NCBI GenBank assembly: GCA_963724325.1
Contig: CAVRUH010000011.1
Coordinates: 1 to 64,000 of the forward strand
Length of the DNA: 64,000 nucleotides
Origin: Waddliaceae bacterium
Lineage (GTDB): Bacteria; Chlamydiota; Chlamydiia; Chlamydiales; Waddliaceae
Reading direction: 5' to 3'
Of the stretch, positions 24,076 through 36,263 are shown piece by piece. The notes below the pieces were generated by a model, which had not been told where the DNA came from, made no database searches, and saw only the letters and a program-made list of their open reading frames with translations. The position numbers were made by a program, and so were the translations under genes. Position 1 is the first letter of the stretch. Every line of letters starts with the position of its first letter.

Positions 24076-25059
24076 ATGGATATAAATACAGCACAAAATA
24101 ATTTAAATCAACTTAAAAATGAGCCAAATTTTAGGCTCTTTAAAGTCAATAATGATAACTCCCTGCAGAAATTAAATTTCGGGGGCAGGGTAGCACGCTT
24201 TCTCTTAAATGTGTTAACATTCGGCGGACAAGATAGAAAAATTCGAGATGTATTTGAAGAAAGTTTTCTGGCTGCAGGAATAAAATTTGTAAACACTCCC
24301 GCTGCAAATATTAGTCTATTTAACAAAAATTCCTTTTCCAATTATTTAAAAACTCAAGACATCCAGAACATTTTTAACAATGCACACAGTGCTAATGTTC
24401 CAGTTCCAGATCACGGGCATGATCACGGGCATGATCACGATCACGGCCACGTTCATGATCATGGTCCAGCCGGTGCGGTTCTTGATACTCGACCAGCAGG
24501 CAAAGAACAAGAGTTCATTGATCCTGTAAAAGGACTGAATATGACTATTGAAGAAATAATGGCAATTCCAGGAATTGTGCCTAATAGTCAAGTGAAGCAA
24601 GCACAGATTGTCGATTCTAAATGGGATAAATTGGAGTTCGAATACAATGGTGTACAAGATCACGTTAGCGGATTTGGAGGTAAACAGGATGCTGTCTTCG
24701 TCCCAGGTCAAGCTCCAGTAGTTTTTGATTGGGGTAAGCCTGTGCCATTTAATCATGATGGGTCAAAGGGTAAGGCATTCTTGAGCTTGCAACATATCAA
24801 GCATTACATGTTCAAACAAGATCAGCCAGTTCCTCAGGTGGTCATCCTGACGTTAGGTCATGGACTTGGAAGCAAAGATGCTGACCGCATTAATAAGCCT
24901 GGAGAGCTACTCATTAAACAAGAACTGGTAGATCAACTCAAAGCAGAACCAGGTGTTAAGGCAGTTCTTGTATTAAAATCACAAGATGTACAACAGAAAG
25001 TTGAAGAACTCACAAAGGCAGGCATTCTCTATGCTGCAGCAGTTCACACAACCTGCTAA
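24076..25059 (+). CDS. Shared N-terminal leader, His/Asp-rich linker and C-terminal Mth938/AAMDC-like domain
   Basis: N-terminus homologous to the 4673 gene; DHGHDHGHDHDHGHVHDHG; C-terminal W..L...KQDAVFVPG..FDWG..HDG..VILTLGHG..AAVHTTC* matches the Mth938 pattern that ends in HxTC. Confidence 0.75.
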   Translation: MDINTAQNNLNQLKNEPNFRLFKVNNDNSLQKLNFGGRVARFLLNVLTFGGQDRKIRDVFEESFLAAGIKFVNTPAANISLFNKNSFSNYLKTQDIQNIFNNAHSANVPVPDHGHDHGHDHDHGHVHDHGPAGAVLDTRPAGKEQEFIDPVKGLNMTIEEIMAIPGIVPNSQVKQAQIVDSKWDKLEFEYNGVQDHVSGFGGKQDAVFVPGQAPVVFDWGKPVPFNHDGSKGKAFLSLQHIKHYMFKQDQPVPQVVILTLGHGLGSKDADRINKPGELLIKQELVDQLKAEPGVKAVLVLKSQDVQQKVEELTKAGILYAAAVHTTC

Positions 25060-25137
25060 CTTAAGCTGAAAACGTGTGGCCACTTGTGGTCTGCTGTCTC
25101 CGACAGCAGACCACCGGCTTCAATGGTGTCAACTTAA
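25060..25137. repeat. Short inverted-repeat element with a GC hairpin after the 24076 gene; possible terminator
   Basis: GTGGTCTGCTGTC-TCC-GACAGCAGACCAC (25086-25114) inside imperfect ends TTAAGCTGAAAAC / GGTGTCAACTTAA. Confidence 0.6.
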
Positions 25138-25229
25138 AGAACATTCTATTATTCTTAATGATGTGGACTTGGATGAGCTCCGGACGGCTGAAGGGATCGC
25201 AAGGTAAGCGTCAAACTAAGTATTTCCGG

Positions 25230-25425
25230 TTTGGAGTGACCCAATTTATTGGGTCTTTTTCCGAGCCGAATTTATTCGGCTCGGTGGAGGGCGACACCTT
25301 GCCCTCCTTAGGTGAATGGCGAAATCTTGCCATGCACAGGGCCGAATAAATTCAGCCCTGAAAAAGACCTAATGAATGAGGTCACTCCAAATTAGACTGA
25401 GCGTTGAGTTAGGCAACGGCTCCGG
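25230..25425. repeat. Palindromic element family B, solitary 196-bp unit including the groEL 3'-end segment
   Basis: Nearly identical to array unit 29918-30113, in the same orientation. Confidence 0.95.
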
Positions 25426-25437
25426 TTTGATGCTTAC

Positions 25438-25598
25438 ATCGCAAGCGGCAGAATATGATTGACATCATCTTCCTATAATCCTTCATATCCTGCCGCTTGC
25501 GATCCTTCATATCCTGTTTTCTTTTTGCAGGGAGGTTAACAAGGTATCGATATCAATGATCTCTCTTGTGTTCTCTCGTGTTCTCTGTGGTAAAAGAT
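25438..25598. repeat. Family C (CATATCCTGCCGCTTGCGATC) plus family D (CTCTCTTGTGTTCTCTCGTGTTCTCTGTGG) repeat modules
   Basis: 25458-25565 matches 49276-49382. The reverse complement of ~25553-25598 matches 57309-57354. Confidence 0.88.
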
Positions 25599-25647
25599 CA
25601 TTGCATCCGGTTTCGTAGAGAGCCTGGCCACTTATGCTCTCAGTTGC

Positions 25648-28626
25648 TCATCCAAAATTTCCGTTAAGTAGCATATGGTATCCTCTCATTTTGGCCAAGG
25701 CTTTTAAATTTAAATATTCATTAGCAAGATTTTCAGCGGTTTTATGGGTTTTGTTTATGATGTCGTATCGTGCGCCGCCTTCGAGGAGTCTAAGAATTAC
25801 CGGGGTATTATTACCAGTGACAGCAATATGAAGCGGGGTGTTCCCATCGTGATCTTCAACATCAATTGGATGCCCCAATGTAATCAGTTCATCTGTAAGC
25901 GCCAACGAAATGGCTTCGCCTCGCTTTCTTTCCATTTGATTTTTGCAATCCCATTTATCAGTCGAGACCACACCGTGAAGCGGAGATGTTTCTTTAATAT
26001 GGTGGTAAATTCCTTCTTGAACGTTGTGCTTCCAGGCAAACTTGATCATGTCTCTTAAAACTTCAATGTATTCGGATGGGTCTTCCGATCCTTTCATAGA
26101 ATTTTCTATTTGTTTATATGTGACCTCCAAGTTATGAAGAGGGGTTTCAATATCTTTTTCCCTTTCACCAAAATTGAGTTCAAGCAGTTCGAGTCTTGCT
26201 TTGATTTCTTCCCAATGCTTCATCGGTTGACATGTGCTGAAAAATAATTGGTATATATTTCCAAGTGGGTTTTCATCCATATCGTCGCGAATTTTAAAAG
26301 CACTTTTGGTGAGAAGAAAGTCAAAAATCTCTTTCCTATTTTCGAAGGGAAGATCGAATAGACAACGTTGATGAATCGATTGAAAAAAACTTTTTATTGC
26401 CTTAGCTTGTTGTATTTTGCTCACTTTGGGTGATTGCTCAGCTATCCAACCTTTTACAAGGCGGAAAAGTTCTAGGTAGTGGGCTTGCATTTTTGGCTCA
26501 GTTGCTAGTCGGCTGCATATGCATTCTAAAAGATCACTGGATTTCCCATAGAATAAAGATTTGGGATTTCGTTTATACAATTCGGGAATCATTGTCATTG
26601 CATTCGAGTGTGGTGCGTGAGCTATCAGTGGATTATTGCTTTTCCAGGCACTTTTGGGTAAAATTTTATTCACTTTTTCTAGAACTTCTGGACAGCCTTT
26701 TATGCTCATTAAAAGGGCATTATCGACTATATAACAAGATTCGGAAATTACATATTCTCTTCTGAAATTTTTGTCCATACCATCTAAAATTTCTTGAAAA
26801 AGATCTATGTCACCCATTGAAATTAACTTAGTTAACATCGTATAGTCGCTCAAATCTTTTGAAAATGGGGCGATAAGCCTTACCATTTCGCGACGCAGTG
26901 TCATATCCGCTATGTTGATGGCGACAGTTAAAGGCGGCGTAGCATCTTTTCGAGGTGGAAAGCAATCATTCCCCCTTTTTTCCAAAAGATATTTGACAAC
27001 GTGAATGTGCCCTTTTTCAATGGCTGCAACAATGGGGGAAATGTAATGATTATTAATGTATATGTAGACTTGTACGGGCAAATCTTCTTGCCAATTCATG
27101 ATATCCTTGATTTTGCCAAGACGACAAGCCAGATAAAAACGCACATTAACATCATTGATCACTGAAAGGGTTTCGCCTGCATCAAGAAGGCTCTCAATGA
27201 CATCTTCATTGAGAAGATTATCATATTGGTAGGTTTCAAGCTGAATGGGAAGTTCTCCGTCATTATTTTTGGCTGTTGCCTTAAGGCCTTGTTCTAATAG
27301 AAATTTTACGGGTTTAGCTTTATTAGGGATCTTTCGACGACAAAGTACATGTAGAAGAAAGGGATCTTTGGAGAAATCAACTTTGAATTCATTGAAGAGT
27401 TTCAGCATGGATAAGATCTCTTCCCCATCTTTGCTTAATCCAATCTCCACTTTCAGGGCAGTGTTACCAGCATCGTTAACCGCATTAGGATCCACTCCTT
27501 CACTTAACAGATAGCGAAATAAGACGGGGTCCCATTTACAATGGTGTAGTAACGTGCGACCCAGCGCGTCCGGCTTTAAAGAACAGGCCTTAAGCTTTTG
27601 AAAAATTTGGAGTACTTCATATGATCCACAATGTTTCATGACTTCAAGAAAACCATTTTTCAATGTTTCCAAGTCTCCATTTTCTGCTAGAAGTTGTAAT
27701 ACAAAAGCATTATCTTTTGTTAACTTATTATAAAGCATAAAATTTCTAAGGGGGGTACGTTCATGCGCATCTAATGCTGTGATTAAGGCTCCGGCTTTGA
27801 CCAAAAAACGTGTAACTTCCACTAATTTGTCAGGTGGACATTTAGCAAGGACAATGTGTAATAATAAGGGTATTTCACTCAGTTTAGCACCCATATCAAT
27901 GAGTCGTTGTAAAATGGCAGTATCGCAGCCATATTCAATTGCTCCAGTTAGAAGATTGTTCAGTTCTTCAGTTCGGGATAGATGCTGTTTGGCCAATTTT
28001 AACAATTCATCAATAGCAGAGAGTTCATTATATGTGTAAAATTTATGAAAAAAAATAGTGATTAAATCACTTATATTTTGACCTTTTTCTAGGAGCACTT
28101 TGCATAATCCATGATTTACAAAATCGGCATAGACTCTTCCATTCCTGACGTAGAAATCAGAAAAAGCATTTGTTGCGCAAGGTACAGCCATCCTTTCGAC
28201 AAAGACCTGTCTATCTGACTCAGGAATTACTTTCCATATTGTTGAAAGGGATTCTATAAAAATTGATGTATCCATATTATAAAGCCAGGAACAAAGAAGG
28301 GGAGCTGGAAAAATTGAAGGCAATTCATTAAAGGTCTTTAATTGAGTCTTCGCAAAATGGACATAATTTAGGAAAAATTTAATAGCTAAGTAGGTAGTTT
28401 TAGCTAATTTCGCATCTCTTGCCATCATAGGCCACTTTACAATTATGTCGCGATTAAAGACCTTAATATCTGGCATATGCCATATCCAGTAGGGTGCTGC
28501 AACAGCATTGACGAAAGCGTTTAGTTCCTTACAGCACTGAGAGAGCCGACCCATACCAGAAGGCGGAATGTACTGAGGAAAAAGGTGAAGATATTGTTTA
28601 AAAAAGGCATTTGTTTGAACATCCAT
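25648..28626 (-). CDS. Ankyrin-repeat protein with an N-terminal F-box-like motif; candidate effector
   Basis: GNTPLHIAVTGNN, GRTLLHH, GNTAL, SPIVAAIEKGHIHVVKYLLEK; N-terminal LFPQYIPPSGMGRLSQCCKELNAFV. Confidence 0.85.
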   Translation of the reverse strand: MDVQTNAFFKQYLHLFPQYIPPSGMGRLSQCCKELNAFVNAVAAPYWIWHMPDIKVFNRDIIVKWPMMARDAKLAKTTYLAIKFFLNYVHFAKTQLKTFNELPSIFPAPLLCSWLYNMDTSIFIESLSTIWKVIPESDRQVFVERMAVPCATNAFSDFYVRNGRVYADFVNHGLCKVLLEKGQNISDLITIFFHKFYTYNELSAIDELLKLAKQHLSRTEELNNLLTGAIEYGCDTAILQRLIDMGAKLSEIPLLLHIVLAKCPPDKLVEVTRFLVKAGALITALDAHERTPLRNFMLYNKLTKDNAFVLQLLAENGDLETLKNGFLEVMKHCGSYEVLQIFQKLKACSLKPDALGRTLLHHCKWDPVLFRYLLSEGVDPNAVNDAGNTALKVEIGLSKDGEEILSMLKLFNEFKVDFSKDPFLLHVLCRRKIPNKAKPVKFLLEQGLKATAKNNDGELPIQLETYQYDNLLNEDVIESLLDAGETLSVINDVNVRFYLACRLGKIKDIMNWQEDLPVQVYIYINNHYISPIVAAIEKGHIHVVKYLLEKRGNDCFPPRKDATPPLTVAINIADMTLRREMVRLIAPFSKDLSDYTMLTKLISMGDIDLFQEILDGMDKNFRREYVISESCYIVDNALLMSIKGCPEVLEKVNKILPKSAWKSNNPLIAHAPHSNAMTMIPELYKRNPKSLFYGKSSDLLECICSRLATEPKMQAHYLELFRLVKGWIAEQSPKVSKIQQAKAIKSFFQSIHQRCLFDLPFENRKEIFDFLLTKSAFKIRDDMDENPLGNIYQLFFSTCQPMKHWEEIKARLELLELNFGEREKDIETPLHNLEVTYKQIENSMKGSEDPSEYIEVLRDMIKFAWKHNVQEGIYHHIKETSPLHGVVSTDKWDCKNQMERKRGEAISLALTDELITLGHPIDVEDHDGNTPLHIAVTGNNTPVILRLLEGGARYDIINKTHKTAENLANEYLNLKALAKMRGYHMLLNGNFG

Positions 28627-28657
28627 TCGTTACTCCTTCATTTTTCAATTTTTTGCT

Positions 28658-29653
28658 TTAACCAAATGCCACGGATGAATAACAAAATATTTTCATTTCA
28701 ACTTGCTTTGGCGGGCTGCCTCGGTACATTTTAGGCATCGTAATGTATTTGGTGAATCCCAGTTCAGACATTAGTTTGGCTGCTGTAGGATTTGTATCTG
28801 GAGTTTCTAGATAGATAGTCGAAGGTGTTTGGGTGGCGGAGGCTATGAGAGCTTTGAGAATATCTGCAGCTGTTGCTAAATTATTAGCATACATGGGGCC
28901 GATTCGATAGCTTTTGTTTGGTTCGGGCTTTGCTGGTATTCTTTCGTGAAGAACTCCATAGCCTGTAATTTTCCCTTCTTCCTCACAAACGATTGTAATG
29001 GTGGAAGGCTTGCTGCATACTGCATGCAGGAAATTTGGTCTGGAGTCGCCATAAACAGCTTTGTCATAATCATAGAGGGCCTTTGGGAACAATGAAATAT
29101 CTTTTAATTTCTCATCATTGATTTCAGCTTGATTATCCTTACTATCTAGTTTAAGAGACCAAAAATTGTCTTGTGTGTAGGTTTGGAATCCAAATTTTTC
29201 GTACAATGGGGTGGCTGATTCCACGCTTGTTAATCCGAAGGTATTGACGCCTCGAATATTTTGTGTATAATTGAGAACTTCTTCGAATAGTATTCGGCCG
29301 AATCCTTTGCCGCGATGAGGTTCACGGATGATAAAATAGCCCACATAGGCCATTTTCAAGCCAGGGTAGGTTATCATTGAGATAGAGCCCATTTTTTCGC
29401 CATTGAGCTCCATTATGTAAAATCCTTCGTTATCCTGATTGTAATTAGGCAACAGACCTCCCACCGAGGAAGACCAACCCTCGCCTTTTCCAGCCCATTC
29501 TATTCGAGACCATTCGACTTCATCAAAAGTCATGGTGCGAATGTGAAGATCATTTGGATAATTTTTGGTGAGCTTTATGGTTTTGGATGGTTTTTCCAGA
29601 GCTTTTATAGGATTAGAAAAAGAATAGCGTGTTAAAGTTCGCGTTGTGGTCAC
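28658..29653 (-). CDS. Tandem-domain GNAT N-acetyltransferase
   Basis: VGYFIIREPHRGKGFGRIL acetyl-CoA motif; LYEKFGF; second domain with YRIGPMYA. Confidence 0.88.
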   Translation of the reverse strand: MTTTRTLTRYSFSNPIKALEKPSKTIKLTKNYPNDLHIRTMTFDEVEWSRIEWAGKGEGWSSSVGGLLPNYNQDNEGFYIMELNGEKMGSISMITYPGLKMAYVGYFIIREPHRGKGFGRILFEEVLNYTQNIRGVNTFGLTSVESATPLYEKFGFQTYTQDNFWSLKLDSKDNQAEINDEKLKDISLFPKALYDYDKAVYGDSRPNFLHAVCSKPSTITIVCEEEGKITGYGVLHERIPAKPEPNKSYRIGPMYANNLATAADILKALIASATQTPSTIYLETPDTNPTAAKLMSELGFTKYITMPKMYRGSPPKQVEMKIFCYSSVAFG

Positions 29654-29749
29654 TGTTAATTACCTCGCAGTAAAATTAGATTTGCCTTCAGAGGATACTA
29701 GTCAGTCTCATTTATTGCAATTACTTTTGGTCGCCTCAAGCATTTCCTG

Positions 29750-32255
<2,506 letters not shown>

Positions 32256-32283
32256 TTATGGTTAAAGGATACACTTTAAACTA

Positions 32284-33537
32284 TCAGTAATATTTTGTCC
32301 AGGATAGCCCAGAAGTTACTTGATATTTTTCATGTAATTCAACCCTGCCGCCACCAAATTCTTCTGGAATATTATTCCACCTTCCCTTGTTTTTGTGATT
32401 AAATCCATATGCAACAAAGAAAGTAAATTCTCCGCACCAGTCGTGCCAAAGGGTAGACCCGCCTGTCACCCAATCCTCGATAACGTCTGGGGTCAACAAA
32501 TTTAAGAAAGTTTGTGAAGTTGGTATGGGTGAGCGTGTGTGCTGATATCCCAATCTCATCGAAAAACAGGGGTTTAGAACATATTCTATCCCAGTTCTCC
32601 AAGTCATAATATCCCACCAGCCTAACCCTACGCCATGATCACGTCCAAAAGGTCTAAAGTGGTCAAGCGCTTCATCTGTATGATTCACACAGGCTAATTC
32701 ATCCCATGCATTGTGTTCACCGTCAACTTCTATGATAATATTATCACATACATTGACCGAGATTCCGCCTGTAAACCTTTGTGGGATGAAAAATTTTCCC
32801 TTTCGAGCTAGAAGTCCTTTGTATTTGTCAAAATGTTGCATTTTAACTTCTGGGGACCAGGCAAAGCCCATTCTGACGCAAGGCCAGATATTTCCAACCC
32901 ATCCTAATGTACATCCTATACCCATGGAATAGTCGTATTCTTGATTGGTTACTCTGTGTGGATGGATGGACCAGCGGTGATGTGCAAATCGCTGTAGACC
33001 ATCCACTTTTAGTCTTTGTGCCATGAGGTCAAGGGATAAACCAAAAGAATGGTATTCTCCTAATTTTATTGCAAATGCCGGTGAAATGGTCTCATGAAGG
33101 TATTCCAGACCCAATTTGCTTTCTCCAAGTTCTTCTAAGCCTACATTATAGTTCGATTTCAGAAAATTTCTAGTATAGGCGGCAAATCCAATTGTCCAGT
33201 TGCGTTGCATGTAATGCATGCATCCACTGAGGTCAGGGAGATAAAAATTTTTGTTTTTATGCGTCGTATATTTACCGTCCATAGTGTCGTTGTCGGATAT
33301 AATTGTTTTACCATCTTGTACAATCCAAATAAATCCGATGTTAAGTTGCTCGGGTACCCATGACATACCTGCTGGATTATATGCAATAACTGATGAGTCA
33401 ATAGCGTGTGCTGCAACAGCGCCAGCCCGGCCCATCGATTTTATTCCCGCATATACTGCTTCTGTCTCAGTAGGGATAATACTAAGTAAGGTAAGGAGTC
33501 CAATCCCCAAAAATTTCTTTGATAGTGATCTGTTCAT
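32284..33537 (-). CDS. FadL/OmpP1-family outer-membrane long-chain fatty acid channel
   Basis: Signal peptide, MGRAGA..A..S..AYNPAGM plug motif, amphipathic beta strands, aromatic C-terminus. Confidence 0.82.
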   Translation of the reverse strand: MNRSLSKKFLGIGLLTLLSIIPTETEAVYAGIKSMGRAGAVAAHAIDSSVIAYNPAGMSWVPEQLNIGFIWIVQDGKTIISDNDTMDGKYTTHKNKNFYLPDLSGCMHYMQRNWTIGFAAYTRNFLKSNYNVGLEELGESKLGLEYLHETISPAFAIKLGEYHSFGLSLDLMAQRLKVDGLQRFAHHRWSIHPHRVTNQEYDYSMGIGCTLGWVGNIWPCVRMGFAWSPEVKMQHFDKYKGLLARKGKFFIPQRFTGGISVNVCDNIIIEVDGEHNAWDELACVNHTDEALDHFRPFGRDHGVGLGWWDIMTWRTGIEYVLNPCFSMRLGYQHTRSPIPTSQTFLNLLTPDVIEDWVTGGSTLWHDWCGEFTFFVAYGFNHKNKGRWNNIPEEFGGGRVELHEKYQVTSGLSWTKYY

Positions 33538-33613
33538 CTGAAAAAATTCCTCGCATTATTTTCTTGATAAATTAATACATTAAAAAAAAAATGCGATCTT
33601 GTAAAGCTATTTG

Positions 33614-34275
33614 TCAAATTTCTGAGATAAGCAGAACGATTTCGCCTTTAAGAGTGCGAGTTTTCCAGTGAGAAATAAGTTCGTTGGGAGTTCCTGAGAC
33701 CATTTCCTCAAATTTCTTGGTAAGTTCTCTTCCGACAGCAATTTGTCTCTCGGGAGCCAATAGATGCAAGACAGCCAGTACTTTAAGTAGTCGATGAGGA
33801 GTTTCATAACAGATGGTTGTGCCTGGATATAATAAGATCTCTTCTAGCTGCTTTTGTAATCTTCCTGAAGTTTTGGGGAGAAATCCCCAAAATTGGAATC
33901 TTTCTGTGGAAAAGCCAGAGCATGTGATGGCTAATACAGCGGCGCATGGACCTGGAATGGCTTCAACTTTAAGATTTTCGGAGCGGCATCGGGCGACAAG
34001 GCGCATGCCGGGGTCGGAGATCCCAGGTGTTCCAGCATCAGTGATAAGGGCGATTGTTTTCCCTGAGTTTATATCGTCGACTATTTTTTGTTCTCTTGAA
34101 GCTTCATTGAACTTGTGGTAGCTGACCAGATTTTTTTGAATCAAATAATGATTGAGCAGGCGAAGGCTGTGACGAGTGTCTTCGCAGAGGATGTAGTCAC
34201 AGACTTTAAAATTTCGACGGCTCGGAAGGTGATATCTCCAAGATTGCCGATGGGGGTTGCAACAAGATATAACAT
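33614..34275 (-). CDS. rsmI: 16S rRNA (C1402) 2'-O-methyltransferase RsmI, with one frameshift near 34200
   Basis: The ATG at 34275 gives [24 protein letters not shown]. The second frame continues [36 protein letters not shown] single missing base (AAG TCT [T]GT GAC) joins them. Confidence 0.92.
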
Positions 34276-34346
34276 AGGTGGCACCCAGATTCGAACTGGG
34301 GATGGAAGCTTTGCAGGCTTCTGCCTTACCACTTGGCCATGCCACC
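34276..34346 (-). tRNA. tRNA-Cys (GCA), CCA not encoded
   Basis: Minus strand GGTGGCATGGCCAAGTGGTAAGGCAGAAGCCTGCAAAGCTTCCATCCCCAGTTCGAATCTGGGTGCCACCT: cloverleaf, GCA anticodon, TTCGAA T-loop, U73 discriminator. Confidence 0.97.
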
Positions 34347-34454
34347 TGATTAAGGACTATCTTATATCTTAGAAGTGATTATGAAGTCAAACAAAAAAAG
34401 CAGATAGCTGAATTCAAAAGTTATTTACCTAATCGTTGAATAGGGCAAATGACA

Positions 34455-34486
34455 AAAAGGACTTAAATGCATTTTTAAGTCCTTTT
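34455..34486. terminator. AT-rich hairpin downstream of tpx; possible intrinsic terminator
   Basis: AAAAGGACTTAAA-TGCATT-TTTAAGTCCTTTT. Confidence 0.5.
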
Positions 34487-34521
34487 CGGTCTAGCCAATA
34501 AAAAGTTTACAGAGTACTTGG

Positions 34522-35016
34522 TTAAACGTGCTTCATGGCAAGTTCGTAATTGGGTTCCTGCGTAATTTCTGGGACAAGTTCGTGATAGAGAACTTTGTTA
34601 TCTTCATCCAGAACGATAACGGCACGAGCACAAAGTCCTTTGAGCGGGCCGTCTGCGATACATACACCATAGTCTTCGGGAAAATTACTTCTAAATGCTG
34701 ATAGGGTTATCACATTCTTTATTTCTTCGATTTTGCAAAATCGTACTTGAGCAAAAGGAAGGTCTTTAGAGATATTCAGTATATATATATCGGGTTTTTT
34801 TTCATTTTGTTTTGTGAATTCCTTTACGGAAGCTCCACAAACTGTCGTATCAATACTCGGAAAAATATTGAGAATTTTCTTTTTCCCTTTAAAGTCTGCT
34901 AGGGTTTTTTCGGAAAGATCTTGTCCAACTAAAGTAAAGAAGGGTACTGTTTTACCTACAGGAGGAAGTTCACCTACTGTGTGTATTTTATTACCTTTGA
35001 GAGTAATTTCGGCCAT
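34522..35016 (-). CDS. tpx: Thiol peroxidase (atypical 2-Cys peroxiredoxin)
   Basis: NIFPSIDTTVC, ISKDLPFAQVRFC, ELVPEITQEPNYE. Confidence 0.96.
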   Translation of the reverse strand: MAEITLKGNKIHTVGELPPVGKTVPFFTLVGQDLSEKTLADFKGKKKILNIFPSIDTTVCGASVKEFTKQNEKKPDIYILNISKDLPFAQVRFCKIEEIKNVITLSAFRSNFPEDYGVCIADGPLKGLCARAVIVLDEDNKVLYHELVPEITQEPNYELAMKHV

Positions 35017-35030
35017 AATTCATCCTTTTG

Positions 35031-36158
35031 TTAAGCTGGAACGCCGCGCAGGATCTCGTGTGAGAGCTGCTGCCACTGTTTCCAGTCATCTTTTAGTGTT
35101 TTTTTCATCGCTTTTATTTCAGCACGTAGTTCTAATAGGAGGTCGCGGGCGCATTGTTCTTTTTTGAACTGTTGATATTTCTCTATCAATTGCTTAAATT
35201 GGTTTGTTTTTTCGATGATGGCTTCCGACATGTCGTTCACAGTTTTTTCAAGCTCATCTTTTTTATCAAAGAATACTTCTTTTATTTTCGAAATTAAAAG
35301 GCCTTTTCTTTCTAGAACCATCCTACGGCTCACTGTATATTGATCCATGCGTCTTAAATTGCTTGCAAGACCCAGTTTATTTAGGGTCCAGATCAACCAT
35401 TTTGTGGGATCGAAGTGGAACCAGCGTATGCCATTGCGATAATCATTAGCATAGGTATGGTGGTAATTGTGATATCCTTCGCCGAAAGTTAACAGTGAAA
35501 TAATGTAATTATCAACGGCAGATTGTTCTTGGCAGAATGGTCTGTCTCCCCAAGTGTGTGCCAGTGAATTAATAAACCATGTGAAGTGATGCAACAGAAA
35601 GATTCTAACCCAAACAGCCATAAAAAAGGCACCAAGGTAATCGTTTAGCATCCAACCAACAGCCATAAAAGCGATGAAATTGGTCAAAACCATCCATAGT
35701 CCATAGTATTTGTGCTGGAGAACATTCCATTTATTTCTCATGAGGTCTGCAACAAGTTTGTTGTCGATTTCTTTGGGTTTTTCGAGGAGCCATAGGCAGT
35801 GTGCGTACCAGAATCCTTTTTTTATGGAGTAGGGATCTGCGTCGGTGTCAACGTGGGCATGGTGCAGCCTGTGTTCGAAGCTCCAGCGGAGGACGCTTCC
35901 TTGCGCTGTCATGGATCCTAGAAATAGTAGTATGCCTTCAACTAAGCCGCTAGCTTTGTAGGTCCGGTGAGCAAAATAGCGATGATATCCGGCGGTGATG
36001 CTAAGTCCAGTCATGTAGAGCAGGACGATGGTGGTGATGATCATACCCAAAGAAGGTGCGGCGTAGTAGAAGTAGAATGGGAGTGATGCAAAAAGCAACA
36101 CATGGTAAATGATCAGGAAGGAGGCGGGGCCCCAGTTAAATTCTCTTTTTATACTCAT
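35031..36158 (-). CDS. Delta-9 acyl-CoA/acyl-lipid desaturase
   Basis: His boxes GYHRYFAH, EHRLHH, GEGYHNYHH; DPTKWLI. Confidence 0.93.
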   Translation of the reverse strand: MSIKREFNWGPASFLIIYHVLLFASLPFYFYYAAPSLGMIITTIVLLYMTGLSITAGYHRYFAHRTYKASGLVEGILLFLGSMTAQGSVLRWSFEHRLHHAHVDTDADPYSIKKGFWYAHCLWLLEKPKEIDNKLVADLMRNKWNVLQHKYYGLWMVLTNFIAFMAVGWMLNDYLGAFFMAVWVRIFLLHHFTWFINSLAHTWGDRPFCQEQSAVDNYIISLLTFGEGYHNYHHTYANDYRNGIRWFHFDPTKWLIWTLNKLGLASNLRRMDQYTVSRRMVLERKGLLISKIKEVFFDKKDELEKTVNDMSEAIIEKTNQFKQLIEKYQQFKKEQCARDLLLELRAEIKAMKKTLKDDWKQWQQLSHEILRGVPA

Positions 36159-36263
36159 GAATATCCTCCCATGATTTTATAGACATGAGTATACGCCAAA
36201 AAGTATTATTTTGCAAAGTATTACTTGTAAAAAAATCCTTGCTCGAGATAGATTATCCGTGTC

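Noticed and set aside
25074..25349. Short ORFs over repeats (also 30438-30629, 53329-53538 and 53349-53678)
   Set aside because: They coincide with palindromic elements and lack an RBS or any recognisable motif.
25459..25479. TTGACA..TATAAT promoter inside family C
   Set aside because: The spacing is only 9 bp, and the second copy reads TAAAAT.
34190..34210. rsmI as a true pseudogene, and the 243-aa ORF starting at 34345
   Set aside because: A single missing base restores the gene. The longer ORF's N-terminus merely reads through tRNA-Cys.
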